Source: Epiperipatus broadwayi (taxonomy: Eukaryota; Animalia; Onychophora). Taken from it: 64,000 nt of DNA. A program made the translations under genes and the position numbers. The stretch covers positions 15,810,001 through 15,874,000 of the forward strand of contig JAQFVV010000006.1 in NCBI GenBank assembly GCA_028023455.1, in the 5' to 3' direction. Every line of letters starts with the position of its first letter. The stretch's first letter is position 1. Shown here piece after piece: positions 39,346-52,246 of this stretch. The notes under the pieces were generated by a model. The model did not search any database. It was not told the DNA's origin and was given only the letters and a program-made list of their open reading frames with translations.

Positions 39346-41559
39346 TAACAATATGTATTTTAATTTCCAAAAAAGAGCTTATAAAAATAATTTTATTAGA
39401 GTTTGTTCATACCTTACTTAATTTATTGTAGTATAATAGAATGGTTGACTAAGGAACTCAAGGTTCATAGATCTTATCTCATAAATCTAGATCTCAAATT
39501 TATTAAGAGCTCCTGGATGATATACCATTCATTATTTTGTCCTTTCTGATTTGGTGTAGTAGTAGGAGACAGACATGAGGCTCAATGTTGATGTTTCACT
39601 GCTTCAGCCTGTCTTTTCCAATGCTCAAACTTTCTATAAAAATCCTCATCAATAAATCATTTGATATATTTATCAGAAATTGTAATGAGTCTTTTCATTG
39701 CATTATTTCTTCCATGTGGCCCCATTAAAGATTTAGTAAACATAAAATGTAGGGTACTTTCAAAACAAATTACATATGTGTTTAGAGGCAACTTACCTTA
39801 TGAGTTGCTTGAACTATAGCACAGGGTTATCTAAGTAATAAGGAATATCAAGATTGAAAACCCTAAAAGTTATTAAATAATTATTTAAAGCTGTACCTCA
39901 AGAGCCTTTGAATTTAGAGAAGAAATTTGAATTTGAATGATTCCATACACATTTAAATAATGATGATAAAGATGATAATCATATCTGAACAAGTACCCCA
40001 TCCTAATACAAAATGTTAATTTTAATTATTTAATTAATAATAAAATTGATGTCGCAATTTCACTACAAAACTTAATAGCCAAAACTTGTGTTCTGAATCT
40101 GTTCTCTTTATTTTCCAGATTGTTTTGTTCCTATTTTTAAGATAAACAGAAGCAGATTTTATATATATAAGTACATCATTATAAAATGCACCAATATTTT
40201 TATAAACATTTTTGATCTGGAAAATCTGGTTATTAGTTCAGAAATGTGATGGAAATATTCTTTGAGATGCAATTTCAGAACATAATAATTTCTCTGAACT
40301 TGTTTTCTTGTGATCGTATGAACCCCTTGTGTTCAAACCCATAAAATGAAAATCAATCTTTCAAATTTTGTTACAAAGTGCAATTAAAATAATTTTCATT
40401 TATAAAATATTAAATTAATAAAGGGTAAATCACTCTCTCTCTCTCGTTGGCAGTAAATAATGAGCATCTAAATATTGAACAAAGGATCAAAAATAGAATG
40501 AAGTACATGAGAATGGCTTTGAGTAGTTTTTGTTTACACCCAAAAATTATTTATGAACAACTGCTATATATAATCTTTTTTTATTAATAGCTCCATTCTT
40601 GCCAAAAAAAATTAAGATGACCAAAATTAAAATCTTATACAAAGCAAATGAAAAGTTTTTTTATATATATGGTGAATTAAATATTTTCATGGATTGTTAT
40701 TATAATAAAGAATAGAAACATGGAGATTATATCCATGTAAACAGAGATAACTTTTTGCCTTTTGATGTTGCCAGAAAATGATCAATTACTACTAATTGGC
40801 AATCTTCCTGAGGCTAAACAAGTTCTCCATTAACCTATAATAGCTCTTTTGTTTGGGTTGTCAGACTTATAAAAGATTCCTCTAAAGCTTATTACAAATC
40901 TTACAAATACAGCTTAGTGCAACATTTCTAAGACCAATTTCTCCCATTGTGCATGCATTTTATAAGAAACCCTCGTTTATCAGTGGATCAGAGATTTAAA
41001 GGTCAATGCAGGTCAGTCTTTTTTATATTTTAATTACAATAAATGTTTTGTGAATTAAAATATGAAGTTAAGGAAATAAAAATAAAAGATTGTTTTTTAA
41101 GTCATTTAAATCAATGGACTCAATCCTTTGGGTTCTGCATATCACCCAAAAAATATCAAAAATTTTTGCATATCACCACCCTTTATAAAAAAATTTAGCA
41201 TAAAAAAAAATAGGTAGACAAACAAAAACATTGCATTGGCTGTTACATGGTATGATTGATGTTAAAATGGCATGTGACCCAGAGTTCACTAAGCTTGGAC
41301 ATTTTGGTTATGACTAAGTGTTAACAAAAGAAATAACCATTATAATGGAGATATAGTTTTCATTTCTGTTTTTAATACTAGTTTTATATTATTTGAATAA
41401 ATTATTTAAATATAATTTTTCAAAAGTGTTTTATCTTTCGTGTATCATCTATAAGTTTATCGCATTCCACCAGTGGTATGCATACCATTGTTTGAAAATT
41501 GCTGCTCTAGATTTTGCAAATAATGTGTTTATTTTTGGAAGTAATGTTTCAAAACTTTA

Positions 41560-42255
41560 GGAAATGTTACAAAAGTAGTCAGATGAAAGTAAGAAAGTAG
41601 GACTAGAGATACATGTAAAAAAAGATTAAAGTAATGTTCAATGGATTTTTCCAGCAAAAGAAAATAAAGATTGATTATGAAGAATTCAAAGAAGTTAACA
41701 ACTACAAATACCATGGCCATAATAGTGCAAATGGAAGTTTAATGGGTGAAATTAATCATGAAATTAAACTTGGATGGAGGACTTTCGGTAAAAATGAAGT
41801 AGGCCTATGCATTTAAAACAGGAAATTGTTAATAAATATGTTTTATCGCTTTTTCCATTGTGCTTGAGATAAGAATATTTAACAGAAGAACAATACAGAG
41901 ATTTCATATTACTCAAATATTATGGAAAGATGTGTGCTGAGAATAACAAGAAGGGATCAAAAGTGGAATACTTGGATAAGAGAACAAACATATATCATTG
42001 GTTTTATTAAAAAATTAAAAGTACTGAAATGGAGTTGAGATGGGTATATTGTTAGAAGAGATAATAAAAGATGAACAGTTGAATTCTTAAACTGGAATTC
42101 AACAGATTGTAAAGACCTAGAAATAAAGCATAAGTAAGATGGATAGCGGAAATAAAAAAGTTGTTGGTGTGATGAGAAGAATCATGGCTAAGAATCCGAG
42201 AAATTGGATTAAACCTGAAGAGAGCTTCATGTTGCAATAGATAGATAATAAGTGA
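41560..42255 (+). mobile_element. Decayed RTE LINE 3' part
   Basis: Collinear with 9600-10300 (EEVNNYKY, aggaaattgttaataaatatg, cttcatgttgcaatagatagataat). Confidence 0.75.
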
Positions 42256-42499
42256 AAAGGATTGTGATGTCTTATGCATTAGTTAATTTATTACATATAT
42301 ATTTTCATGTAAAGTGATCTAAGCATTTACTGTGTAATAAAATTAAAATTAATATATATAAATTAACCATCATAATTATTAACAATGTAGGATTCTAAAT
42401 GAAGGTCGCTAAGGTTGAACAAATTAATAGAAGTTTAGGAACACATAGAAGGGAAAGTGATCGCCTTACAAGTGGTATGCCATGCAAACCAAGAAGTAA

Positions 42500-42621
<122 letters not shown>

Positions 42622-44387
42622 ATCATAGTAAGAATGGATTTCCATTTTTGCTATTAAAAAGGTGAGAAGGTTGCCTTGACAGCAGTGAGAAATATTGATT
42701 ACTATATTTACTGTGAATGTTTAGGTTGTGACTGGTTGGAATCTAATTATATATATATATAAAGACATTTATAACAGAACTGTGAATGCTAAATGGTGAA
42801 ATAGACTTGTACAATTGGACAATCCAAGGACAATATTTCCACTGCAACTGAAGTGGTTGCCTTGTTTCTTTCAAGCTTATGCCTCCCAAATAGTCATGAG
42901 GCACCAATAGAGGTGTTTTGAAAGTTTAACATTGCAGTTAATTTAACAAAATCTTGAATAACCAATGGAGAAATGGACATGTATAATTGGACAATTTTGT
43001 GAACAATAATTTAAGCATAAAAAGTTGGGTTTATGTGTGTGGGTCTAAAAGGGCAGGTGAATTTTGTGTCACTGCACATCTGGAACCATAAAAACCCATT
43101 CACCTATCCATATGTTTATACTTGAATGTTTAAAAATCATATGCACTGAATCAATTGTATGGGTGCGGATGCGCTTGACATGCACCGACACTCCCTAAAT
43201 TTGTTTGTAACAATTCTTGTTGATTGCATTATAATATCCAAACTTATGCCTCTCGAATATAATATCCAAACTTATGCCTCTCGAATTGTCTTGAGGCATA
43301 AATAAAAGCATTTGAAAGTAAAAGACTGATTTGTATTTATAATGTAGAGTGTTAAAAATAGTGGATGCAGTTAACTTTAAAAACTATAATGTTTGTTTGT
43401 AGTAAATTAATTGTTTATAAGATAAAAATATTTTATAAAAATCACTTTTATCAATATACCATCTAAATTATTGAATAGTTAATTAAATTTAAAAATAGCA
43501 TAAAATTACAAATTAAGAAAAAACTGTCAAATACAACATCACAGAGACCATTACCATTAGTTAGTCATAATCAAGTATAGCTGTTCTAATTTTAGGAAAA
43601 CCAAAAGTTAAAGTTATGTTTATGGTAATCCATCTCAAAATATCCACGTACATTGAAACAGACCTAGAATGTATGAGAAGTTAAGCCCTGAGCATTAGGA
43701 ATAATCACACTGACTATATTTGGGCTGAATATCCTAACTATGATGATCAGATTGTGTAACCAACCATACTTCCCAATCAACATTTCTATCAAATATGTCA
43801 TAAGTAAAGAGAGGATCTACACCTTGCCACTATAGATGTTACTTATTATTTATAGTATATCTGCCATACTGCAGGTTAGGATGCCATCTCTATAATAAAA
43901 AAAAACATTTATAGGTTAGGTTTGAATCGTTCCCTAGCTTCTTAGATGTTAGCCCTTCCATTCATCCATTACTATCTCAGAAAAACATGGCAATATGTCA
44001 GAGTATGTGTGTAACAAGCTATACTTAACTAGTTTTGAAAAGAGGGAGAGAGAAAATGGTCAACTAAAGTTATAAATAATATGAACAAAATAAAAATAAA
44101 ATTTATTTACATATCTATAATATTTACAATTTTTATAGTATATTTCTATCTGAATCAAACACATAATATATATATATTGAAATAAATGACATATTTAACG
44201 GGTTTATCTGTGTATCATTTTGAGAATGAGTATGCCAATGTTTCAGGTTGTTGACACAGCCATTAACTGGGTGATTAATAGAATATTGTAAAGATGTTTG
44301 TAGAGATGCTGTAGGAAAAGTTGGTATATAAAACTGAAAAAATAAAAGTTATAAAATATTCAGAGTAATTTGTTTTAAAAAATTCTT

Positions 44388-44658
44388 CTAAATAGGAGAA
44401 AGTTTGCATGTGTCATCACGCTTGTTGATACAATTTGGTCTTTTTTAGTATCTCAATGACTTCTTTGATCTTATTGGTAGAGTGGCACATCTGGGTAGGA
44501 TTCTGGTATTAGGGAAATCAATGTTATGACCTCAATCTGTAGCATGGAGTGAGTGCTGATGATGATGAGCACTACTTAACTGCAATAGCATATTCATCTC
44601 TTCTAGTACTAATGTGATGATTGGTCATACCTACATAAGAAGCTTTACAAATGCCACA
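44388..44658 (-). pseudogene. Penelope-like GIY-YIG endonuclease remnant (not in the ORF track)
   Basis: With frameshifts: CGICKASYVGMTNHHISTRRDEY..SSSAL..GHNIDFPNTRIL..IKEVIEILKRPNCINKRDD..LSPI. Confidence 0.7.
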
Positions 44659-45338
44659 TGATTTTTGAAACTAATTGTTAATTGGAAATGTATTCATATC
44701 GGAGAAAAATCATTTAATTGGATTGCATTTACACTATGAGCTCAAATATACTCACATAAAATCTAGAATAATCACACAATTATTGTTATTTTAAATTAAA
44801 AAATAAACACTAAATCAGTAAATAAATATAAATGTGCAAATTATAAACACTCCTTAATTAACAGCCACCAAAAAAAGAGATATATTACTTTCAGCTATTA
44901 AAAAATATATAAATATTTGGGAAATGTTAAATATTAATCAGAGAAAATTATGAATAACTTTATATATTTTCTTATACCTAAATTTGAAGGCCTTTCATTA
45001 TAAATTAAAATAGCTGTTATCATATCAGAATTCTGATGTTACCACTACCATTAGTGGGTTAAAGAAAATTAGGTTCAAATCTTTTTTGAAAAATGAATCT
45101 ATCGAACATTCATTATCAGTAAATTTCAAGGTTTCTTTTTGTGTACTTTCTTGGATTCTTCTCCAGGTAGAATGATGACATGGATGAATTATGCATTTAT
45201 CACGGATAGGCTGGCAAAAAACAAAAATTTGTCAGAAAGCTACATAATTCCAGATTCCATCAATCAATTTTCACCATTGCATGGTTTTTTCATGTTAGCT
45301 GGGTTAATAGTTCACAAATTAGCAGCTTCTTAAATAAC

Positions 45339-45453
45339 GTCAAGCGTTGTTAGCCGAGGTCATCGCAGCCGCCTTGCAAGCAAGTAGTTGGTTGCAGACG
45401 GTTGTGGGTTCGCGTCCCGGCCGATGCTATGACATATGAAAAAAAAAAAAAAA
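45339..45453 (+). mobile_element. tRNA-Gly-derived short SINE (family E, long TGC type)
   Basis: Near-identical to 11131-11241; A15 tail. Confidence 0.8.
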
Positions 45454-46025
45454 CAGTTTAACTTTCTGGAATGCTATTAAAAAAAAAAGTTCTTAGTTAG
45501 TTAAAGGAACCACAAATCATTGACTGAATCGATGTTATAGCTCTCTTAAAACTGGAAAGACTTCTCAAAAAACTCCCTCATGGATATCTTTCACACCATG
45601 ATTTGAATACCTAATTAGTTATTAAATTAATTATTTTTTCATACTAAAAAGAACATTTCTTTGTTTTTACAAGGAAATATAAAAAAATACAAAAAATATT
45701 CTTTTTATCTCTTATTTCACTGATTCATATTATTTTCGAAATTTAAAGATTTAGATTTATTCGATAATTTTTTTTTAATTACCACTAGATAAGTAATAAA
45801 TTTTCATTAACTTATCTAAGTAAATAGCTTATCTCCCTTTTTTTTCTTTTTTTTTGATTAGAAAAAGTACACAACTTAGATAAAATTTTCGACTTTTTTT
45901 TCTTAATATACAGTATATATTACTGATGTGAGTGATTAATGATAGAAATAAAGAAATTTTGTCTCTTTTATAATAAAAGAAATTAATTCTGAATTGAGCG
46001 CTTTTGCTCATAAATTGGACCCTTA

Positions 46026-46120
46026 GTCAAGCGTTGGTGGCCTTGTGGTTAGCATAGCTGCCTTACAAGTAGCTGGCCCGGGTTCGCTTCCTGGTCAACG
46101 CTTTGACATATGAAAAAAAA
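46026..46120 (+). mobile_element. tRNA-Gly-like pseudogene/SINE with TAC anticodon (tRNA body 46031-46102)
   Basis: GCGTTGGTGG..GTGGTTAGCATAGCTGCCT-TAC-AAGTAGC..CCCGGGTTCG..CAACGC closely follows the animal tRNA-Gly(TCC) sequence as I recall it; family 3' tgacatatg plus A-tail. Confidence 0.7.
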
Positions 46121-46734
46121 GACTTTTCTAATTATTCATGGGATAGATGGATTCTCTATCCGATTTCCTTTTATAACATATTAATTATATAATTTTGCCT
46201 TTTTCCTTAAAATAAATTTTAATAATCACTGCTAAATGTATTGCTGATCATCAATTAATATGCTTTCTAACTGCGTTGATCCTGTTTAACTTTTATATAA
46301 CAGGAATTAACTCCATTATTTCTTTCTTTTTATTTTTTATTTTATGTATCTCTTTTAGTGTGGTGATGAAAAGCTTGTCAGGTCAGACTAATTCATTTTA
46401 AAATGGAGTCTTACTGCTACAATATCAATCTGTATCTCTCACTGCTGCTTTAATATGTTGTTTGAAATCGTGCAAAACTCTTTTTAAACTCTTCTGTACC
46501 GAATGTTTAAGATTCGATATCCAGCCTAATTATAGTTCTCCATTGCATTTTAATAATCTTAATCATATTTTTCTAATAAAAGTAAGTGATATTACATTTT
46601 ATAGTAACCACTTTAAGGTAATCAAGATAATTTTTATAATTCAATAAAAAAAAATGGTATAAGATGAAACAAATTATATACAGATTGGGAAAAAAATTGG
46701 AACAGCTGCACACTGCTAATCTATATGTAATAAG

Positions 46735-48110
46735 AGAGTCACATTAGATGAAGGCAAATGTGGATTCAGGATTAATTTAAAAAGCATCAAAAACTTTAGA
46801 TATGCAGATGAGATTACATTTATAGCCGAAAAAACAGTTGATAGAAAAGTTAAATAACAAAAGAAAAAAATTGTGGTTACAAATACAAAAGACAAATATT
46901 ATAGCAATAACAACTGTCTTTAAAGTTGATGACATAAAAGTCGATGAGATTTTGTCTCATTCTTCCCCAAAAAGGGATCAAGGGTCAAGAGATTTGTTAC
47001 ATGTGAAGATAGGAAAGAGTTGTAATTAAGCTTGCAAATGTCATGGTAATTGCAGAGAAATATATAAAAAAACTCTTTTCTTAAATATTTTTACTTATTT
47101 CAGGTGCATAAGTTCAAGACCATGACTAGGTATGCCTTTATAGGTGACTAATGGTAAGCCATAATATTCAAGACATCAGTTTTATAGTGCCATATTTTGT
47201 AAGGATGCATAAAATTTGATAGTACATTGAATCTGAAACATACTACAAACTCAAAAGTCATTATTGATGTAGTTGAGAAAATAATTTTTCGATTGTCATC
47301 ATCATCATCATCAACAATTATCAATCCACTGCAGGATGAAGGTCTCTCTAAGTTTAATCCATCTTTTCCGATCTTTAGCTTCTCTTCTCCATATCACCCC
47401 TGCACACTTTCTTATTTCATCCATCCATCTCACATGTGGTGACTTTCTGGGTCTTTTACAATCTCTTGGAATCCAGTTTAAGATTTCAACTGTCCATCTA
47501 TTATCATCTCTTCTAGCAATATGTCCAGCCCAACTCCACTTCAGTCTTTTAATTTTTTTCAATGAGGTCAGTAACACCTGTTTGTTCTCTTACCCATACA
47601 TTGCGTTTTCGATCTCTTCTTGTTATTCCCAACATGCATCTCTCCATACTTCTTTGAGTGATCTGGAGTCTCTGTATTGCTCTTCTATTAAGTGTTTAAG
47701 TTTCAATTGTAAGTGAAATTAAATATAAAAATCATGCATTTTATTATATAAATATAATAAAAACAAATTTGCATGCTTTTAAAAATTTTTTTTGTTGCTA
47801 TTTCAACACCCTCTACTAATGAATATATTTCTCATATACATGTGACCTCCATTGCAGCTTTTTTATTATTGTGATCTCTGCAGGGTTAAAAATCTGGGAA
47901 GGATCTTAAATATAAAGAACATAAATTTGAAAATGAAAATCAGAATTATTCAAACTGTGATATATTTTTTTTTTTTGTAATTATCTATCGATGTCAAACT
48001 GGAACACCAAAAAAAAAAAAAGCATTAAGAAAACATCTGCTGCTTTTGAAATATGGTGTTGGTAAAAACTTTGAAACATTCCATGGAAAAGAAGATAAGC
48101 AAATATGTAG
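46735..48110 (+). mobile_element. Highly decayed BovB-like RTE RT fragments, interrupted by the 47296-47690 insertion
   Basis: NFRYADEITFIAE near 46790-46830; CFEIWCW near 48040-48062. Confidence 0.45.
47296..47690 (-). mobile_element. RTE LINE 3' end (best preserved copy)
   Basis: LKWSWAGHIARRDDNRWTVEILNWIPRDCKRPR..RWMDEI..ETFILQW; gatgat tail. Confidence 0.9.
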
Positions 48111-48318
48111 AAACCTGGTCAGTTTATATGTACACTATTATTGAAATCCTGGTGATTATGTTGAATTTAATTTTACCATATTATTAGATGAGATGTAATT
48201 CTTTCAAAAATGTAGAATGACTAGAAATGGGGAGGGGAGAGGAAAAGAAACAGAGAGAGAGAGAGAGAGAGGAAGAGACAAAAAAAGATGTAGAGGGAAA
48301 GAGAGTCTTTATCTTCTA

Positions 48319-48976
48319 GTGGTATTTTTATATTGGACTATTTCCATCATCTAATATGTGCATTGAATGTCTTTAGAAAAATTTAACTTTATTTAAATAT
48401 TCCAAATACATTCACCTGTTAGTAATAGCACATCAAACAGGTTAGTATATGCACCATGTTTTGAGAAATATTATTCTTCTCTCTTCCTCAGGTGTTGCTG
48501 GCCTGACCAGTGACAGCACTAGCATGGGATTCAAACATGGAACCTTAGATTCTTGAGTATTGAATTTTAAGGTAATGCTCTAACCAGTATTAGCATGGGA
48601 TTCGAACCTGGACCCTTATATTCTTGGGTATTGAATTTTAAGGTGATGCTCTAACCAAGGATGGCTCAGTTGGTTAGAGCATTACCTTAAAATTCAATAC
48701 TCAAGAATCTAAGAGTCCAAGTTCAAATCCCATGCTAGTACTGTCATTGGTCAGGCCAGCAACACCTGAAGAAGAGGGATAATAATATTACCTCTTGAAA
48801 CGTTGTGCATATACTAACTTGTTTGGTGTTCTATTACTAACAGTTGACTGTATTTGGAACATTTAAATAAAGTTAAATTTTTCTAAAGACATTCAATATA
48901 CATATTAGATGATGGAAATAGTCCAATATAAAAATACAACTAGAACACCATCATCACAAAACCTTCAGGAAAGCAC
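48319..48976. mobile_element. Family A tRNA-headed hammerhead element, inverted dimer centred near 48660
   Basis: Arms are reverse complements; flanking 13-bp duplication tct(t/c)atcttcta with 1 mismatch at 48306-48318 and 48977-48989; tRNA-like head 48661-48735. Confidence 0.85.
48763..48807 (+). ncRNA. Minimal type I hammerhead (family A), core nucleotides present
   Basis: CAC-CUGAAGA-AGAGG..CCUCU-U-GAAA-CGU-U-GUG; palindromic ACGU stem III. Confidence 0.6.
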
Positions 48977-49374
48977 TCTTCATCTTCTAACTTCACAAAA
49001 CCCAACATTAGACAGTTTTTAGAGATTAACATCAATTTGATAATGATATTAATAATTTTATTTATTTACATCTTCCATACATTTTGAAATATATAAACCA
49101 TTTACAGACAGGTAATCTAAATATAATATATACATACAATATAACTAAAATGTCCGTATTTTAATAATATAAAAATATATTCAGTTAGTATTTTCTATAA
49201 TATAGTTTCTATAATAATAATAATGAACAGTTAATTGTCTATTGAGAGTCACGATATGTGCACAAACACATCTATTTTTATCTGACTTCTGTTATAACCA
49301 ATATTTGCATTCTGGGTTAGTCTGTTTACAATCTTTAAATTTTTCAGTACACTATACATTATTTTGAAAATGCC

Positions 49375-49460
49375 ACTCGGACCAACTGATAAATGCTGGT
49401 TCAGCCAAATATACATCTTAAGGGTCATTTATTCTTTTTATTATGTCTTTATTCATGTAT
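49375..49460 (+). repeat. Degenerate family D fragment
   Basis: accaactgataaatgctggttcagcc resembles 32705-32730. Confidence 0.4.
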
Positions 49461-50569
49461 TTAAAGTATATATAGAGTTCTCTTTTACTCATCGCTCCCC
49501 TCCTCATTTTGTAGAACAAATCACAACCATCTTCGGTTTCTAAACTTTCTTTTATTTAAAAACAAATTTTGTTATACATAAACTTCCCATCTACATTTAG
49601 ATACTCTTTCAGTTTCCTTTTCCCTTAATAATTCAAACTAGTGAACTCGTAACCTATAAATTTTTTCTCTAATAATTTCCATACGCCAATCTGTCTTCAG
49701 TGGCTTTCTATTTCTTTCGAACAATTTCTTCACTGATATTAGAATTAGTAATAATTACGTTGTTTTAAAATTGTAAACATATATTTTTCTCTTATCCGCA
49801 GTTAAAAGAAATGCCTACTTTGATTAAAATAAGATCAAGATACATTTATAAAATAGTTGAATAATATTCATTTTCTTTTATAAATAATTGCTTTAACGTT
49901 AATCTTTACCATTCTTTGCATTTTCTTATCTTTGTACAAATTAATCATTTCTACGGTCAATTTCCCGTCTTTTATTCAATAGATCATTTTGAAACATTTT
50001 CTTACTAAATAAAAATTGTAATTTATTTCTCTCACACACATGGGATATATTTTTTAAATTATTTCAAATATTAAAAGTAAACATTTTGGACACCAGAGTT
50101 AACTTGAAATGTGAATGAAAAAATTACTGTAGGAAATAAATTTATATATATTTAGTATGGGAAATTGATGTTACATCCGCGTGATTCGGCGATTTGATGA
50201 TGAGCGATATAGAAAACTGTCTCTAGACTAGGGATTTGATGATGGGTGACAGTGTCTCTAGACTAAGGATTACCATTCTGGGGTACCTGTACTCCCAGAA
50301 AGGTACTGGAAGCTTGTCCAGTGGTATGGTAAATAAGTATATTATTCTATTAAAAATAATCAATTTAGAACAAAATTGAAATAGAAAACTTATTATAAAT
50401 AAAAATATTATTTAATACATCAATTTGGTTTTTATCACTGATGGTACCTTAATGAAAGCAGGAGTGATTGTTTTTAATTTTATATATAGAAGGTAACATT
50501 ATGACAAATTTTAACGTTGAAATTTGATCATTTAAAGTATTATGCTATTAATATATTCCAAAAATAGTT

Positions 50570-50830
50570 ATGTTATCAATATTTCTGGGCTATTCCATAT
50601 TGGTGGAACTGTCAGTCATACCAGCACAGTTTGGGTCTCTTTTTGACCACGGATACAATGAGATTGCATAGACTTTTCTTTTTTACTGCAGGGTCCGATA
50701 AATCAAAATGTCTGATAAAGATTCAGGATAACTAGTGAAATTGCCACATCGGCAACTCTTTGAGGCTTGCCTCTGTGACATCTATACTTCCTGGGTATGC
50801 ACATGACATCCTGTGTGGTAGACTCTCCAA
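50570..50830 (-). mobile_element. Possible piggyBac transposase C-terminal Cys-rich remnant
   Basis: PCSKKK..HCIRGQKRPKLCWYD*QFHQY resembles the CxxC..CxxC..PxLC..CF..YH pattern. Confidence 0.25.
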
Positions 50831-50879
50831 CTGCTTATTTCTTATTGAAAAGGGAGTACCAGAGTACAGGAACCAAAAA

Positions 50880-51020
50880 ATTTGGAAACCCTTCTCTAGA
50901 TGATTCTTTTTTCTGTATACTTACAATATTATCAATCCCATCAATTCTGTAATGTTATCCATCCATGGCAACCTTTGCCATCCCCTTCCTCTTGATCTAT
51001 TCACCATATCAAAAAATTAA
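50880..51020 (-). mobile_element. RTE 3' fragment
   Basis: NRSRGRGWQRLPWMDNITELMG resembles RTE GRxRxRWxDxI. Confidence 0.45.
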
Positions 51021-52246
51021 TAGTTGGTCTATACTGCATGAGAAACTCTTCAACAAAGGTGCCATTCACTGATTCAGGGCTAACTGGAAGTAAATACAGA
51101 TAGGATAACCATACATGACTCTTATGCTTAGTAGGGCTCATATATCAAAAACCAATTAAAAATGATTTTTAATAAACAACAGAAAAATATATAAAACTAT
51201 TATAGTCAAGTAATTGAAGGATCTTACTTGAGAGATCACATGATGTTTGAATACTGTCTGTGACAGAATTAAGTACTATCTGTGTTTTTTTAAGATCTTG
51301 GGTCTGCTACTTTACCATTGCACTGAACCACATAGGCAAAATTATATTAAAAAGTATATAATTTATGACTGTTTTTATTTATAAGGCAAGTGAAATCAAA
51401 AAAATTTTTAAAAATATATGCTAGGACATATTTATATTAAAACTTTCAAGTTTAGTCGAAATGGCCAAACAGATCAAATTTTGCACACAGCCCAGAGATC
51501 CCTATACCAGACTGAAATGACCACATTCAGTTGTACTTTTTATCCTACTCTTTAAGATAAGAGTGACCAAAGTCTCAGAAACTGTAAAAGTATGGTGTCT
51601 TTTCCACCAGTGTTGAAGCCTGCATCCAATTACATTTGTAATGATTAAATTTTTCATTGTAAAAACATTCATCTGACAAACACAAATTAATCTGATCATG
51701 GTCTTTAACATGGCCTTTAACCTCTAGCTAATAATAGCTAGATGCTCATTTTCTGGTTACTGTTACAGTGAGGCTATTAATATATGATGTGTCTGAATTT
51801 AGTTCAATTCCATATAGTTATTTAAGTTAGATAGCTGCATTTAAAGACATAGAGATGTCCAAAAATTTCAGATTTTCTACTTAATAATTCAATATTAGAT
51901 AAATTCTGGGCTTGAGTTTATATTTTAGATCTGGTCCTAGGGTCTCACTGATTGACAAAACACTCCTCATGGTTTAGTGCAGTAGTAGAGTTTCAAGCCC
52001 TGGAATCTAAGATTCTTGGATGAATTCCAGTTCTGGAATTTCCAATGCTCACTCTTCTTATTTTTTATTTAACTGAGAAAACAGATATTTATTTATTGCA
52101 ACAGTCAAGCTATACATGTCTAAATAATTTATTAATTGATTATGACACCATCTGACATTAAACATCAGGAAATAGATCGGTACATATATATATATTTAGT
52201 TATATATATATACAAATAAAATGTCCATTAATTAAAAAACTATTGT

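Noticed and set aside
39790-39870. Minus-strand ag..gtaagt exon-like segment
   Set aside because: Stops in all three frames.
44550-44575. gtgctgatgatgatgagcac hairpin containing CUGAUGA
   Set aside because: No GAAA; it is the antisense of the GIY-YIG coding remnant.
46031-46102. Functional tRNA-Val(TAC) gene
   Set aside because: Gly-type body, mismatches in the D and T arms, and trailer plus A-tail shared with the SINE family; called as SINE/pseudogene instead.
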